Assembly: GCA_029247685.1 (NCBI GenBank)
Contig: JAQWKT010000013.1
Location: forward strand, 10,048-74,047
Length of the DNA: 64,000 nucleotides
Direction of reading: 5' to 3'
Origin: Crocinitomicaceae bacterium
GTDB lineage: Bacteria; Bacteroidota; Bacteroidia; Flavobacteriales_D; Crocinitomicaceae
Positions 10,306 to 19,223 of the stretch are shown here, in pieces. Each line of letters starts with the position of its first letter. Within the stretch, counting starts at the first letter, position 1. The translations under genes were made by a program, and so were the position numbers. The notes beneath the pieces were generated by a model. The model made no database searches, was not told where the DNA came from, and worked only from the letters and a program-made list of their open reading frames with translations.

Positions 10306-11783
10306 TTAAATAATTTTTTCTTAATCTCTTTTGCATAATTAACAGTTTCTTGTTCTAGAGAAAACAAAAAGATGCTTCCAAAAAACAGAAAAACAGCTAG
10401 CGTCGTATTAAAAACCATTTGAATCCATTGATTAAGAAATAGATTGTTTAAAAAAGAACAAGTAATTAATGTGAGCACACCTACTCCAATAATTATGAAT
10501 TGATTTTTATTAAAAGGATGAATTTTGTAAATGGAGTAAACAAAAATCATTCTTCCTATATTATAAACAAAAAAGGCTAAAGCTGTTGAAATGGCAGCCC
10601 CCGACATTCCCCATAAAGGAATCATAATCGTGTTTAAATAGTATACAGCAAAGATTAAAAACAAGGTAAAAATCACATCGTATTTATATTTTTTTGAGGT
10701 ATTAAAAATAGAACCGTTTAAGCCAAAAAACATATCCATGAGTCTTCCCATCATCAGAAAAAAGAACACCCAGATTCCTGCTTTAAATTCATTTTTAAGA
10801 AAAGAAAAAAGAAAGTCAATATTAACCCAAACCAAGAGAAACAATCCAAGCCCAACAACTAAAGAAACGGAACTTACTCTTGTGTATAAATCTTTCATTT
10901 TGTTCATTTCTCGATTTTTCCAATATTCCGAAACAAGAGGAGAGCTAACTCTAACTAAAGATTTATAAGGAACTTGAAGCGCGCTAGTTAAAAAAACTAC
11001 CGTAGAATAAACACCAGTTGCTTTCAATCCAATATATTGAGCAACCATAATGATGTCAAGTGAATTAACAAGAACAGATCCTAGACTATTAATGTAGTTA
11101 AAAGCAGCATAATTAAAAATAATTTTTCTAAATTTTGAGGAAATGCGGATATTTTTAACTCCAAGATGTAGTTCTTTTATTTTTAATAAAAAAACAACTA
11201 AAATAAGTGGAGGCAAAAGAAAAAGAAGCCCATGAATAGCCACAAATAAATTAAAAGAGATTAGCCCAGCCCATAAAAGAATTAAAATTAAAGTAACGCC
11301 AAGACGAAGAACAATATCTAAAGCAAAAACAGAAACAATGTTTTTAAATAAAGCCCTTAAGTAAACATCTAAAATCAAGTACAAAACATATCCAACTCCA
11401 ATAGGGATTATCCAAATAAAGTATTGAATAAAAAAAGGCGATTTTTTAATATAGATAGACTCTAAGTGTTCTTGAAAAATCAAAAAGAAGAAACACATTA
11501 TAAGAGTGCCAGCAAGACCAATCAATAAAATAAATGAAAGAAATCCATGGTGCTTTTTCTCTTTATTTTTAAAAAAAGGAAAAAACTTCCAAATGGTATA
11601 GATTGTTCCAAAGTTTGAAAACTGTGCAAAAAGAACCCCAAGAGAAAAACAAAGATTTATTACTCCAATTTGTTCGGTGGACAAGATTAATAAAAAAAGC
11701 AGGCCCTTATTTAAATATCCTAAAACCAACCCAAAGGAAGAAATTAAGGTTGTTTTAATCGCATCTTTTTGAACAAAACCCAT
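10302..11783 (-). CDS. Polysaccharide/oligosaccharide flippase (MOP superfamily, Wzx-like)
   Basis: 493 aa and hydrophobic throughout, with about 12-14 TM segments. It lies next to the glycan locus. Its stop codon overlaps the alaS stop (TTAA). Confidence 0.7.
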   Translation of the reverse strand: MGFVQKDAIKTTLISSFGLVLGYLNKGLLFLLILSTEQIGVINLCFSLGVLFAQFSNFGTIYTIWKFFPFFKNKEKKHHGFLSFILLIGLAGTLIMCFFFLIFQEHLESIYIKKSPFFIQYFIWIIPIGVGYVLYLILDVYLRALFKNIVSVFALDIVLRLGVTLILILLWAGLISFNLFVAIHGLLFLLPPLILVVFLLKIKELHLGVKNIRISSKFRKIIFNYAAFNYINSLGSVLVNSLDIIMVAQYIGLKATGVYSTVVFLTSALQVPYKSLVRVSSPLVSEYWKNREMNKMKDLYTRVSSVSLVVGLGLFLLVWVNIDFLFSFLKNEFKAGIWVFFFLMMGRLMDMFFGLNGSIFNTSKKYKYDVIFTLFLIFAVYYLNTIMIPLWGMSGAAISTALAFFVYNIGRMIFVYSIYKIHPFNKNQFIIIGVGVLTLITCSFLNNLFLNQWIQMVFNTTLAVFLFFGSIFLFSLEQETVNYAKEIKKKLFN

Positions 11784-11835
11784 TTTATTAACTTAATACA
11801 AAGATAAAGCAAACTTTAGAAGAAAGAATTTATGC

Positions 11836-11843
11836 TAATTTTG
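11836..11843 (+). promoter_or_regulatory. -7 promoter box (TAATTTTG) for the glycan operon starting with the GT2 gene
   Basis: Exact TAnnTTTG match, 20 nt upstream of the ATG at 11864. Confidence 0.4.
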
Positions 11844-11863
11844 TTTTAGTTTTATTTAAAAGT

Positions 11864-12775
11864 ATGCCTCAAAACCCTTTAATTTCCATAATTATTTGCA
11901 CTTATAATAGAATGCAATACCTTCCAAAATGTTTGGAACATTTAAAAAATCAAACCTGTAAAACAGAGGATTACGAAGTTGTTTTAATAAATAATAATTC
12001 CACAGATAAAACGGAACTTATTTGTAAAGAGTATATTCAAAAAAATCCAGAATTAAATGTTTCTTATTTTTTAGAGAAAAACCCAGGCCTTTCTCATGCT
12101 AGAAATAGAGGAGTGAAAGAGGCAAACGGAGATGTTTTATGTTTTATTGATGACGATGGATTTGCTATCCCAGATTATATTAAAACAATTTCAAAATATG
12201 CGATCGATACCAATTATTCTAATTACATGGCATTTGGAGGGAAAGTCACCCCTTGTTATAACAAAGGAAAAGCACCCATATGGATAAGTAAGTACATTAG
12301 TGGATTAGTTTCCGAGGTGGATTTAGGTAAAAAAGTAAAGCCTTTTGATAAAAAATATCCCGCAGGATGCAACATGATTTTTAGAAAAGAGTTTTTTGAA
12401 AATCATGGTGGATTCAACGTAGATCTTCATACAAGGGGGGATGATAAGTATATTTTCCAGAAATTAAGAGACAAAAAACATAAAATTTTATACATCCCCG
12501 AATTAGAAGTTTCTCATTTTATTGATGATTATAGATTGGAAAAAAACTTTATCATTCGTTTATCTAAAATAATAGGGCAAAGCGAAGCAATAAGACTTAA
12601 AAACAAGAGTGTTATATTTAAAACGATGAAGCTTTTTGAATATTTGTTTAAATGGAAAGTCTCTTTGCTCCTTGCGCTTATTTTTTTAGCTAAAGGACAA
12701 AAAGAAAAATCCAAATATATTGTAATGGTTCGTTGGCAAGTAATTATAGGCTACTTTATGAAAGAACAATTATGA
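11864..12775 (+). CDS. Family 2 glycosyltransferase
   Basis: Motifs ISIIICTYNR, NNNSTD and CFIDDDG (DxD). It has a C-terminal hydrophobic helix. Confidence 0.85.
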   Translation: MPQNPLISIIICTYNRMQYLPKCLEHLKNQTCKTEDYEVVLINNNSTDKTELICKEYIQKNPELNVSYFLEKNPGLSHARNRGVKEANGDVLCFIDDDGFAIPDYIKTISKYAIDTNYSNYMAFGGKVTPCYNKGKAPIWISKYISGLVSEVDLGKKVKPFDKKYPAGCNMIFRKEFFENHGGFNVDLHTRGDDKYIFQKLRDKKHKILYIPELEVSHFIDDYRLEKNFIIRLSKIIGQSEAIRLKNKSVIFKTMKLFEYLFKWKVSLLLALIFLAKGQKEKSKYIVMVRWQVIIGYFMKEQL

Positions 12776-13638
12776 GTTTAATACAAAACCTTTTTTTAAG
12801 CTATCTTTCCCTTATAAAGGTAGTCTTATGGTCTCGACCATTAAGGTCTAATAAAAGACAAAAGCAACAAAACAAAGGCAAACAGCTAATCATTGTTGCA
12901 AACGGTCCTTCTTTTAGATTGTCTATTGAAAAACATCTCAATAAATTACTGGAATCGCCAATTTTAAGTGTAAACTTATTTTGCTGTACCGATTATTTTG
13001 AGCAGTTAAAACCGACAAATTATTTATTGTTAGCTCCTCAATTTTTTAAAGCCGATAAAGACCTATCAGAACTATATATAAAGAATAATGTAGAACTTTT
13101 TTCTTCTCTAAAAACAAAAACAAGTTGGCCAATGCATTTATACATTCCAGTAAAGTATAAAAAGGCTAAAAATGTAATTGACTTAAAAAACCAAAACGCG
13201 AATATAACCTTCCATTATTTTAATACAACGCCAATAGAGGGACTTCCTTTTATATCAAATTTCATGTTTGAAAAAAGACTTGGAATGCCAAGACCCCATA
13301 ACGTATTAATTCCATCCTTAATGATTGGAATTAATGAAGGATTTGAAAAAATCTCCGTATTAGGAGCAGATCATTCTTGGTTAGGTGAAATTTCAGTAAA
13401 TGAAAAAAATGAAGCGTTAGTTAATCAAAAACATTTTTATGATGAACAAAGTGCAACATCTCAACCGATGCAAGATTATATAAAACGACCAAGAAAGCTT
13501 CATGAAATTTTACATAAATTTTATCTTTCATTTAAGGGCTACTGGGAAATAAAACATTTTGCAGAAAAACAAGGCGTTGAAATAGTTAATTCTAGTGAAA
13601 CAAGCATGATAGATGCATTTGATAAAAAAGGGCTTTAA
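12773..13638 (+). CDS. Putative nonulosonic-acid (pseudaminic acid) transferase, GT42 / DUF115 (Maf/MptE)-like
   Basis: LIIVANGPSF resembles the N-terminal (V)IIAGNGPSL motif of CstII-type sialyltransferases and the GPS motif of DUF115/Maf proteins. The start at 12773 forms an ATGA overlap with the GT2 stop. The gene sits directly upstream of pseB. Confidence 0.4.
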
Positions 13639-13681
13639 TAAGCATCTAGAGTGTTTGACTTTCTTATTATAGATTATAATT

Positions 13682-13689
13682 TATCTTTG
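13682..13689 (+). promoter_or_regulatory. -7 promoter box (TATCTTTG) ahead of pseB
   Basis: Exact TAnnTTTG match, 18 nt upstream of the TTG start at 13708. Confidence 0.35.
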
Positions 13690-13707
13690 TTAACAAAACA
13701 ATAAGCA

Positions 13708-14718
13708 TTGAAAAACAAGTCAATTTTAATTACAGGAGGGACAGGGTCTCTTGGAAAGGCTTTAACTCGGCATATATTAACGAATCACCCGGAAATAAAA
13801 CGATTAGTTATTTTTTCAAGAGATGAACAAAAGCAATTCGAAATGGAGCAAGAGTTTTCGCACTCCAAATATCCAAGCATTCGATATTTTATAGGCGATG
13901 TTCGTGATTTAGAAAGGTTAGAAAGGGCCTTTTCGGGCATAGACTATGTTATTCACGCAGCAGCAATGAAACATGTACATATTGCCGAGTATAATCCTGA
14001 CGAATGTGTTAAAACAAATGTTTTGGGAGCTCAAAATGTGATAAAAGCAGCCTTGAAAACCAATGTTAAAAGAGTGGTTGCTCTTTCAACAGATAAAGCT
14101 TGTGCTCCAATAAATTTATATGGAGCAACAAAATTAACTTCAGATAAACTTTTTGTTTCAGCAAACAACATAAAGGGAAATAAAGACATCTGCTTTTCAG
14201 TGGTTAGGTATGGAAATGTAATGGGTTCAAATGGATCGGTTATCCCATTTTTTATAAAAAAGAAAAAAACAGATGGCATTCTACCAATAACTGTTGAAAC
14301 CATGACTCGTTTTAATATTTCGTTGCAAGGGGGGGTTGATATGGTTTTACACGCACTTGATAGCGCATGGGGTGGGGAGATTTTTGTTCCTAAAATCCCA
14401 TCTTATCGAATTTTAGATGTAGCAGAAGCAATCGGCCCTGAATGTGAAAAACCAGTTATAGGGATTCGTCCAGGAGAGAAAATCCATGAAGAAATGATAA
14501 CTTCATCCGATTCTTTTTTTACCTATGATATAGGGAAATATTATGTAATAATTCCTCAAACAACGGCCTGGAATGTAGAAGAGTTTAGCTCTCATTTTAA
14601 AGCAAAAAAAGTACAAGAAGGTTTTTCTTATAATTCTAATCAAAATGAAAACTGGGAATCGGTAGAGTCTATTAGAGCACTTATAAAACAACATGTTGAT
14701 CCTACTTTTGAGGCATGA
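13708..14718 (+). CDS. pseB: UDP-N-acetylglucosamine 4,6-dehydratase (inverting)
   Basis: ILITGGTGSLGKAL Rossmann motif and YGATKLTSDKLF (YxxxK). Length about 336 aa, with a TTG start. It sits with pseC, pseF, pseH and pseI. Confidence 0.9.
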   Translation: MKNKSILITGGTGSLGKALTRHILTNHPEIKRLVIFSRDEQKQFEMEQEFSHSKYPSIRYFIGDVRDLERLERAFSGIDYVIHAAAMKHVHIAEYNPDECVKTNVLGAQNVIKAALKTNVKRVVALSTDKACAPINLYGATKLTSDKLFVSANNIKGNKDICFSVVRYGNVMGSNGSVIPFFIKKKKTDGILPITVETMTRFNISLQGGVDMVLHALDSAWGGEIFVPKIPSYRILDVAEAIGPECEKPVIGIRPGEKIHEEMITSSDSFFTYDIGKYYVIIPQTTAWNVEEFSSHFKAKKVQEGFSYNSNQNENWESVESIRALIKQHVDPTFEA

Positions 14719-15914
14719 AAAAAATAATTCCATATGGAAGGCAGTTTATTTCGGAAGAAGACATAAAGGAAGTAGTTAGCACTTTAAAATCTGATTATTT
14801 AACGCAAGGGCCTAAAATTGCAGAGTTTGAATCGGAGTTTGCTAGGTATGTTGGATCAAAATATGCGATTGCCCTTTCCAACGGAACGGCAGCACTTCAT
14901 CTATCCACATTAGCCTTAGGCTTAAAAAAAGGAGATTACGTGATTTGCACCTCCATTACTTTTGCTGCATCGGTTAATTGTGTTAGGTATTGTGGCGCAA
15001 ATGTTTTATTTGCCGACATTGATCCAAAAACATTTTTAATAGATATTTCCTCGGTAGAAAAATTAATAAAAGAGCATTCAGACAAAAAAATTGTTGGTAT
15101 TATCCCTGTTGATTTTGCTGGTAGAGTAGTCAATTTAGAGGCGTTAAAAAAGATAACAAGCAATTATGGATTATGGATTTTAGAGGATTCTTGCCATGCA
15201 CCAGGAGGGAGTTTTTTGGATTCCCAAAAACAACCTCAAAAAGCAGGGAATGGAAATTTTGCAGAACTTTCTATTTTTTCTTTTCATCCGGTTAAGCATA
15301 TTGCTGCTGGCGAAGGAGGAATGGTAACGACGAATAATAAAGAATTGTATGAAAAGATATGTTGTCTTCGAACGCATGGCATAATTAAAGACGAGCAGAA
15401 ATATAAAAACAATGCTTCTTTAGCAAATGGCAATAAAAAGCATTTGGATTATCCAGGTTGGTATATGGAGATGCAAAGCCTTGGCTTTAATTATAGAATT
15501 ACAGATATTCAAGCTGCTCTTGGTTTGTCTCAATTAAAAAGAGCACAAGAAGGCTTAGAGAAACGAAAAAAAATAGCACAAATATATACACGCGAATTTT
15601 CAGGGATTTCTCAAATAAAAAACCATTCGAATGTAATTGAAGGGCATGCCTATCATCTGTTTATATTGGAGGTAGAAAAGCGAAGAGAGCTATATGATTT
15701 TTTAAGAGAAAAGAATATTTTTTCTCAGATTCACTATATTCCGGTACATTTAATGCCTTATTATAAAGAGCTTGGGTGGAAAGAAGGAGACTTACCAAAA
15801 GCAGAAAAATATTATTCTAATTGCTTAAGTATTCCGATGTATCCCACGATGACGAATGAAGAAATAGATAGAGTAGTACAAACGATTAAAACGTTTTATA
15901 AAAATGAATTTTAA
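14715..15914 (+). CDS. pseC: UDP-4-amino-4,6-dideoxy-N-acetyl-beta-L-altrosamine transaminase (DegT/DnrJ/EryC1 family)
   Basis: SFHPVKHIAAGEGG (PLP lysine), IPYGRQ.I and YLTQGP. It forms an ATGA overlap with pseB. Confidence 0.88.
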   Translation: MKKIIPYGRQFISEEDIKEVVSTLKSDYLTQGPKIAEFESEFARYVGSKYAIALSNGTAALHLSTLALGLKKGDYVICTSITFAASVNCVRYCGANVLFADIDPKTFLIDISSVEKLIKEHSDKKIVGIIPVDFAGRVVNLEALKKITSNYGLWILEDSCHAPGGSFLDSQKQPQKAGNGNFAELSIFSFHPVKHIAAGEGGMVTTNNKELYEKICCLRTHGIIKDEQKYKNNASLANGNKKHLDYPGWYMEMQSLGFNYRITDIQAALGLSQLKRAQEGLEKRKKIAQIYTREFSGISQIKNHSNVIEGHAYHLFILEVEKRRELYDFLREKNIFSQIHYIPVHLMPYYKELGWKEGDLPKAEKYYSNCLSIPMYPTMTNEEIDRVVQTIKTFYKNEF

Positions 15915-16521
15915 ATCAGAACAAGAAGCTTTTTGGGCCGGGGATTTTGGCAGAGATTATATTCAAAGAAATCAAAGTAAAGAATTATTAGCTTCTAATA
16001 TTAATTTTTTCAGCAAAGCACTTAAACAAGCGAGAGAATTAAATTCTTGCGTGGAATTTGGAGCCAACATTGGAATGAATTTAAAAGCATTAAAATTGCT
16101 ATACCCTAATCTGTCTTTATCTGGTGTTGAAATCAATAAAACGGCAGCGAAAGAGCTTGAAATCGCGATAGGAAAAGAGCAGGTTTTTCAAGGGTCTATA
16201 TTGGATTATCCAACAAAGACCACAAAAGATCTTTCGATAATAAAAGGAGTGTTAATCCATATAAACCCTGAATTATTATCGGCAGTATATCAAAAATTAT
16301 ACGCTGCATCGAGCAACTATATTTTGATAGCAGAGTATTACAACCCTTCTCCTGTTTCTATAAATTATAGAGGACATAAAGACCGCTTATTTAAAAGAGA
16401 TTTTGCCGGAGAAATGCTGGAAAAATTCCCGGACTTAAAATTAGTGGATTATGGCTTTTCTTATAGAAAAGACCCTGCTTTTCCTCAAGATGACATTACT
16501 TGGTTTTTATTAAAAAAATAA
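15904..16521 (+). CDS. Pseudaminic acid biosynthesis-associated methyltransferase
   Basis: About 205 aa, SAM-methyltransferase-like (VEFGANIGMNL). The N-terminal FWAGDFGRDYIQRN is typical of the Pse-associated methylase family. It is embedded between pseC and pseF. Confidence 0.6.
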   Translation: MNFKSEQEAFWAGDFGRDYIQRNQSKELLASNINFFSKALKQARELNSCVEFGANIGMNLKALKLLYPNLSLSGVEINKTAAKELEIAIGKEQVFQGSILDYPTKTTKDLSIIKGVLIHINPELLSAVYQKLYAASSNYILIAEYYNPSPVSINYRGHKDRLFKRDFAGEMLEKFPDLKLVDYGFSYRKDPAFPQDDITWFLLKK

Positions 16522-16524
16522 GAA

Positions 16525-17217
16525 GTGAAAGTAGCGATTATACCAGCAAGAGGAGGAAGCAAGAGGATTCCTAACAAAAACATGAAGATGTTTCATGGCA
16601 AACCGATTATTTATTATGCCATTCAAACCGCGATAAAAAGCAATCTTTTTGATGAGGTTTTTGTTTCTACAGATAACAAAGAAATAGCTGAATTTTCCAT
16701 GAAAAATGGAGCTAAAGTTCCAACTTATCGTTCTTCTAAAAATGCAGATGATCATGCGACCACTTCGGAGGTATTAATTGAGGTGATTAATTATTATACG
16801 AGTCAAAACAAGAAAATATCTATGGCTTGTTGCATTTATCCTACAAGCCCATTAGTAAAACCGAAAGACTTGATCTCGGCAAACGAAGTGTTTGAAAATC
16901 AATCCATAGAAGTCTTAATATCGAGTGTTAAGTTTAGCTTTCCGGTTCAAAGAGGGTTTTTTGTTTTTGAAAATAAAGAAATAGGGTTAATTGATCCAGA
17001 GTCGATTAACAAGCGTTCTCAAGATCTTGCCGAAACCTATCATGATGCTGGCGCATTTTATTTATTCAAGCCTCAAGTATTTTTAAAAACAGGTTCTTTA
17101 TGGAAAGGAAAAATAGGCGCTTATATACTTCCTGAAATACAATCACAAGACATAGACACCTTGGAGGATTGGAAATTAGCAGAATTAAAATATGAATATT
17201 TACAAAGCAATAAATAA
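16525..17217 (+). CDS. pseF: Pseudaminic acid cytidylyltransferase (CMP-nonulosonate synthetase family)
   Basis: AIIPARGGSKRIPNKN and a CMP-NeuAc synthetase-like layout. Length 230 aa, with a GTG start. Confidence 0.85.
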   Translation: MKVAIIPARGGSKRIPNKNMKMFHGKPIIYYAIQTAIKSNLFDEVFVSTDNKEIAEFSMKNGAKVPTYRSSKNADDHATTSEVLIEVINYYTSQNKKISMACCIYPTSPLVKPKDLISANEVFENQSIEVLISSVKFSFPVQRGFFVFENKEIGLIDPESINKRSQDLAETYHDAGAFYLFKPQVFLKTGSLWKGKIGAYILPEIQSQDIDTLEDWKLAELKYEYLQSNK

Positions 17218-18193
17218 GCAAACGGTTTGTTTGGGACAATATAAAATTGTGCCCATTCGCTTTGAGGATAGGTACTCTATTTTAGAATGGAGAAATGAAC
17301 AGATGTATCATTTGCGACAAAAAGAAAAAATCAGCAAGAACGAGCAAGACAACTACTTTAATACGGTTGTAAAAAACCTTTTTTTAGAAGAAAATCCACC
17401 GCAGTTTTTGTTTTCCTATTTAAAAAATGAAAAGTGCATTGGTTATGGCGGCTTGGTCCATATTAACTGGAAAAAAAAAGAAGCCGAAATATCATTTATA
17501 ATGCAAACAATTCTTGAAAAAGAGCAATTTGATTTTAATTGGTCGATGTTTTTGGTTTTGATAGAAAAGATTGCTTTTATAGACTTAAACTTAAGTAAAA
17601 TAAACACCTATGCGTTTGATTTAAGGCCTCATTTATACCCGGTGTTGATAAATAATGGATTCACAGAAGAGAAGAGACTAAAACATCATGTGGAGATAGA
17701 TTCAAAAAAAACAGATGTATTGATCCACTCTAAATTAAACAAGGGGTTTAACCTAAGGCCGGCAACAATTGATGATGAAGAAATAACCTATAACTGGGCG
17801 ACAGATTCTGTGATAAGAAAGTATGCCTTTCAGCAAAATGAGATAAAAAAGCAAGAGCATAAAAATTGGTTTTTAAATCAATTAAAAAATGAAAAGTGTG
17901 TGTATTTTATTTTAATGGATAACAACAAACAAATAGGAAGTATTCGTTTTAATATAGAAGAAAATAAAACGGCACTTATTAGCTATTTAATAGACTCAAA
18001 ACATCATGGAAAAGGATATGGAAAAAGGATTCTGCAAGAGGCCATTTTCTGTTTTAAAAGAATAAAAAAAGAAGTAGAATCGATCCATGGTTATGTGATG
18101 CCTGAAAATATAGCATCGTGCAAAATTTTTGAAAAATTAAACTTTGAAAAACAAGAACAAAAAGATTCTATTAAATATTTTTATCAATTTTAA
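17192..18193 (+). CDS. pseH: Tandem GNAT N-acetyltransferase: an N-terminal PseH-like domain plus a second RimJ/RimL-like GNAT domain
   Basis: The first half (IVPIRFEDRYSILEWRN..IGYGGLVHINW) is PseH-like. The second half (IGSIRFN....SYLIDSKHHGKGYGKRIL) is an independent GNAT core. Confidence 0.7.
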   Translation: MNIYKAINKQTVCLGQYKIVPIRFEDRYSILEWRNEQMYHLRQKEKISKNEQDNYFNTVVKNLFLEENPPQFLFSYLKNEKCIGYGGLVHINWKKKEAEISFIMQTILEKEQFDFNWSMFLVLIEKIAFIDLNLSKINTYAFDLRPHLYPVLINNGFTEEKRLKHHVEIDSKKTDVLIHSKLNKGFNLRPATIDDEEITYNWATDSVIRKYAFQQNEIKKQEHKNWFLNQLKNEKCVYFILMDNNKQIGSIRFNIEENKTALISYLIDSKHHGKGYGKRILQEAIFCFKRIKKEVESIHGYVMPENIASCKIFEKLNFEKQEQKDSIKYFYQF

Positions 18194-18196
18194 GGA

Positions 18197-19216
18197 ATGA
18201 AGAAGTCAAAAGGGGTTTTTATTATAGCGGAATTATCGGCGAATCATAATGGCGATATTGAAACCGCAAAAAAAACAGTTATTGCGGCTAAAAATAGTGG
18301 AGCAGATGCGATAAAACTTCAAACATACACTGCTGACACCATCACATTAAATACGAACAAGGAAGACTTTAGGATTAACCAAGGAACCATTTGGGATGGA
18401 AAGTTATTATACGACTTATACAAAGAAGCATATACTCCATGGGAATGGCATAAAGAAATTTTTGATTTAGCAAAAGAGCTTGATTTGCTTTGCTTTTCTT
18501 CGCCTTTTGATCATTCAGCGGTAGATTTTTTGGAAACACTAAATTGCCCGATATATAAAATAGCCTCTTTTGAAATAACCGACATCCCTTTAATTTCGTA
18601 TGTGGCATCTAAGGGAAAGCCAATTATTATCTCCACAGGAATTGCCGAACACGAAGACATCAGTTTGGCTGTAGAGGCTTGTAAAAAACAAGGGAATACA
18701 GACATAACGTTGTTAAAATGCACTTCCTCATATCCAGCACCGATCGAAGAAGCCAATATTTCGTTAATGCAGCAAATAGCTAAAGATTTTAAGGTAAAAG
18801 TTGGACTTTCTGATCACACCATGGGAAGCACCTTGCCAATAATTGCAACCGCATTGGGGGCAAGCGTCATTGAAAAGCATTTTATTTTGGATAGATCTAT
18901 TGGTGGTCCAGATGCCTCTTTTTCCATGAATGAAAGAGAGTTTTCAGAAATGGTTCAACAAATTAGAGCTGCCGAAAAATCGATTGGTTCCACAAATTAT
19001 AAGCTCAGTGAAAAACAAGAAGAAGCAAAAGCTTTTTCTCGTTCTTTATACATCTCTAAAGAGATAAAAAAAGGAGAAATAGCAAGCAAAGAAAACATTA
19101 AATCTGTTCGCCCAGGATATAGTCTTCATCCAAAACACCTTCCTCAAATTTTAGGAAAAAAAGCAAAAAAGAATTTTTCTATAGGAGATAGAATAAGCCT
19201 TTCGGATTTTGAATAA
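18197..19216 (+). CDS. pseI: Pseudaminic acid synthase (NeuB family)
   Basis: IIAELSANHNG, KLQT and a C-terminal SAF-like domain (SVRPGYSLHP). Length 339 aa. Confidence 0.9.
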   Translation: MKKSKGVFIIAELSANHNGDIETAKKTVIAAKNSGADAIKLQTYTADTITLNTNKEDFRINQGTIWDGKLLYDLYKEAYTPWEWHKEIFDLAKELDLLCFSSPFDHSAVDFLETLNCPIYKIASFEITDIPLISYVASKGKPIIISTGIAEHEDISLAVEACKKQGNTDITLLKCTSSYPAPIEEANISLMQQIAKDFKVKVGLSDHTMGSTLPIIATALGASVIEKHFILDRSIGGPDASFSMNEREFSEMVQQIRAAEKSIGSTNYKLSEKQEEAKAFSRSLYISKEIKKGEIASKENIKSVRPGYSLHPKHLPQILGKKAKKNFSIGDRISLSDFE

Positions 19217-19223
19217 ATGTCTG

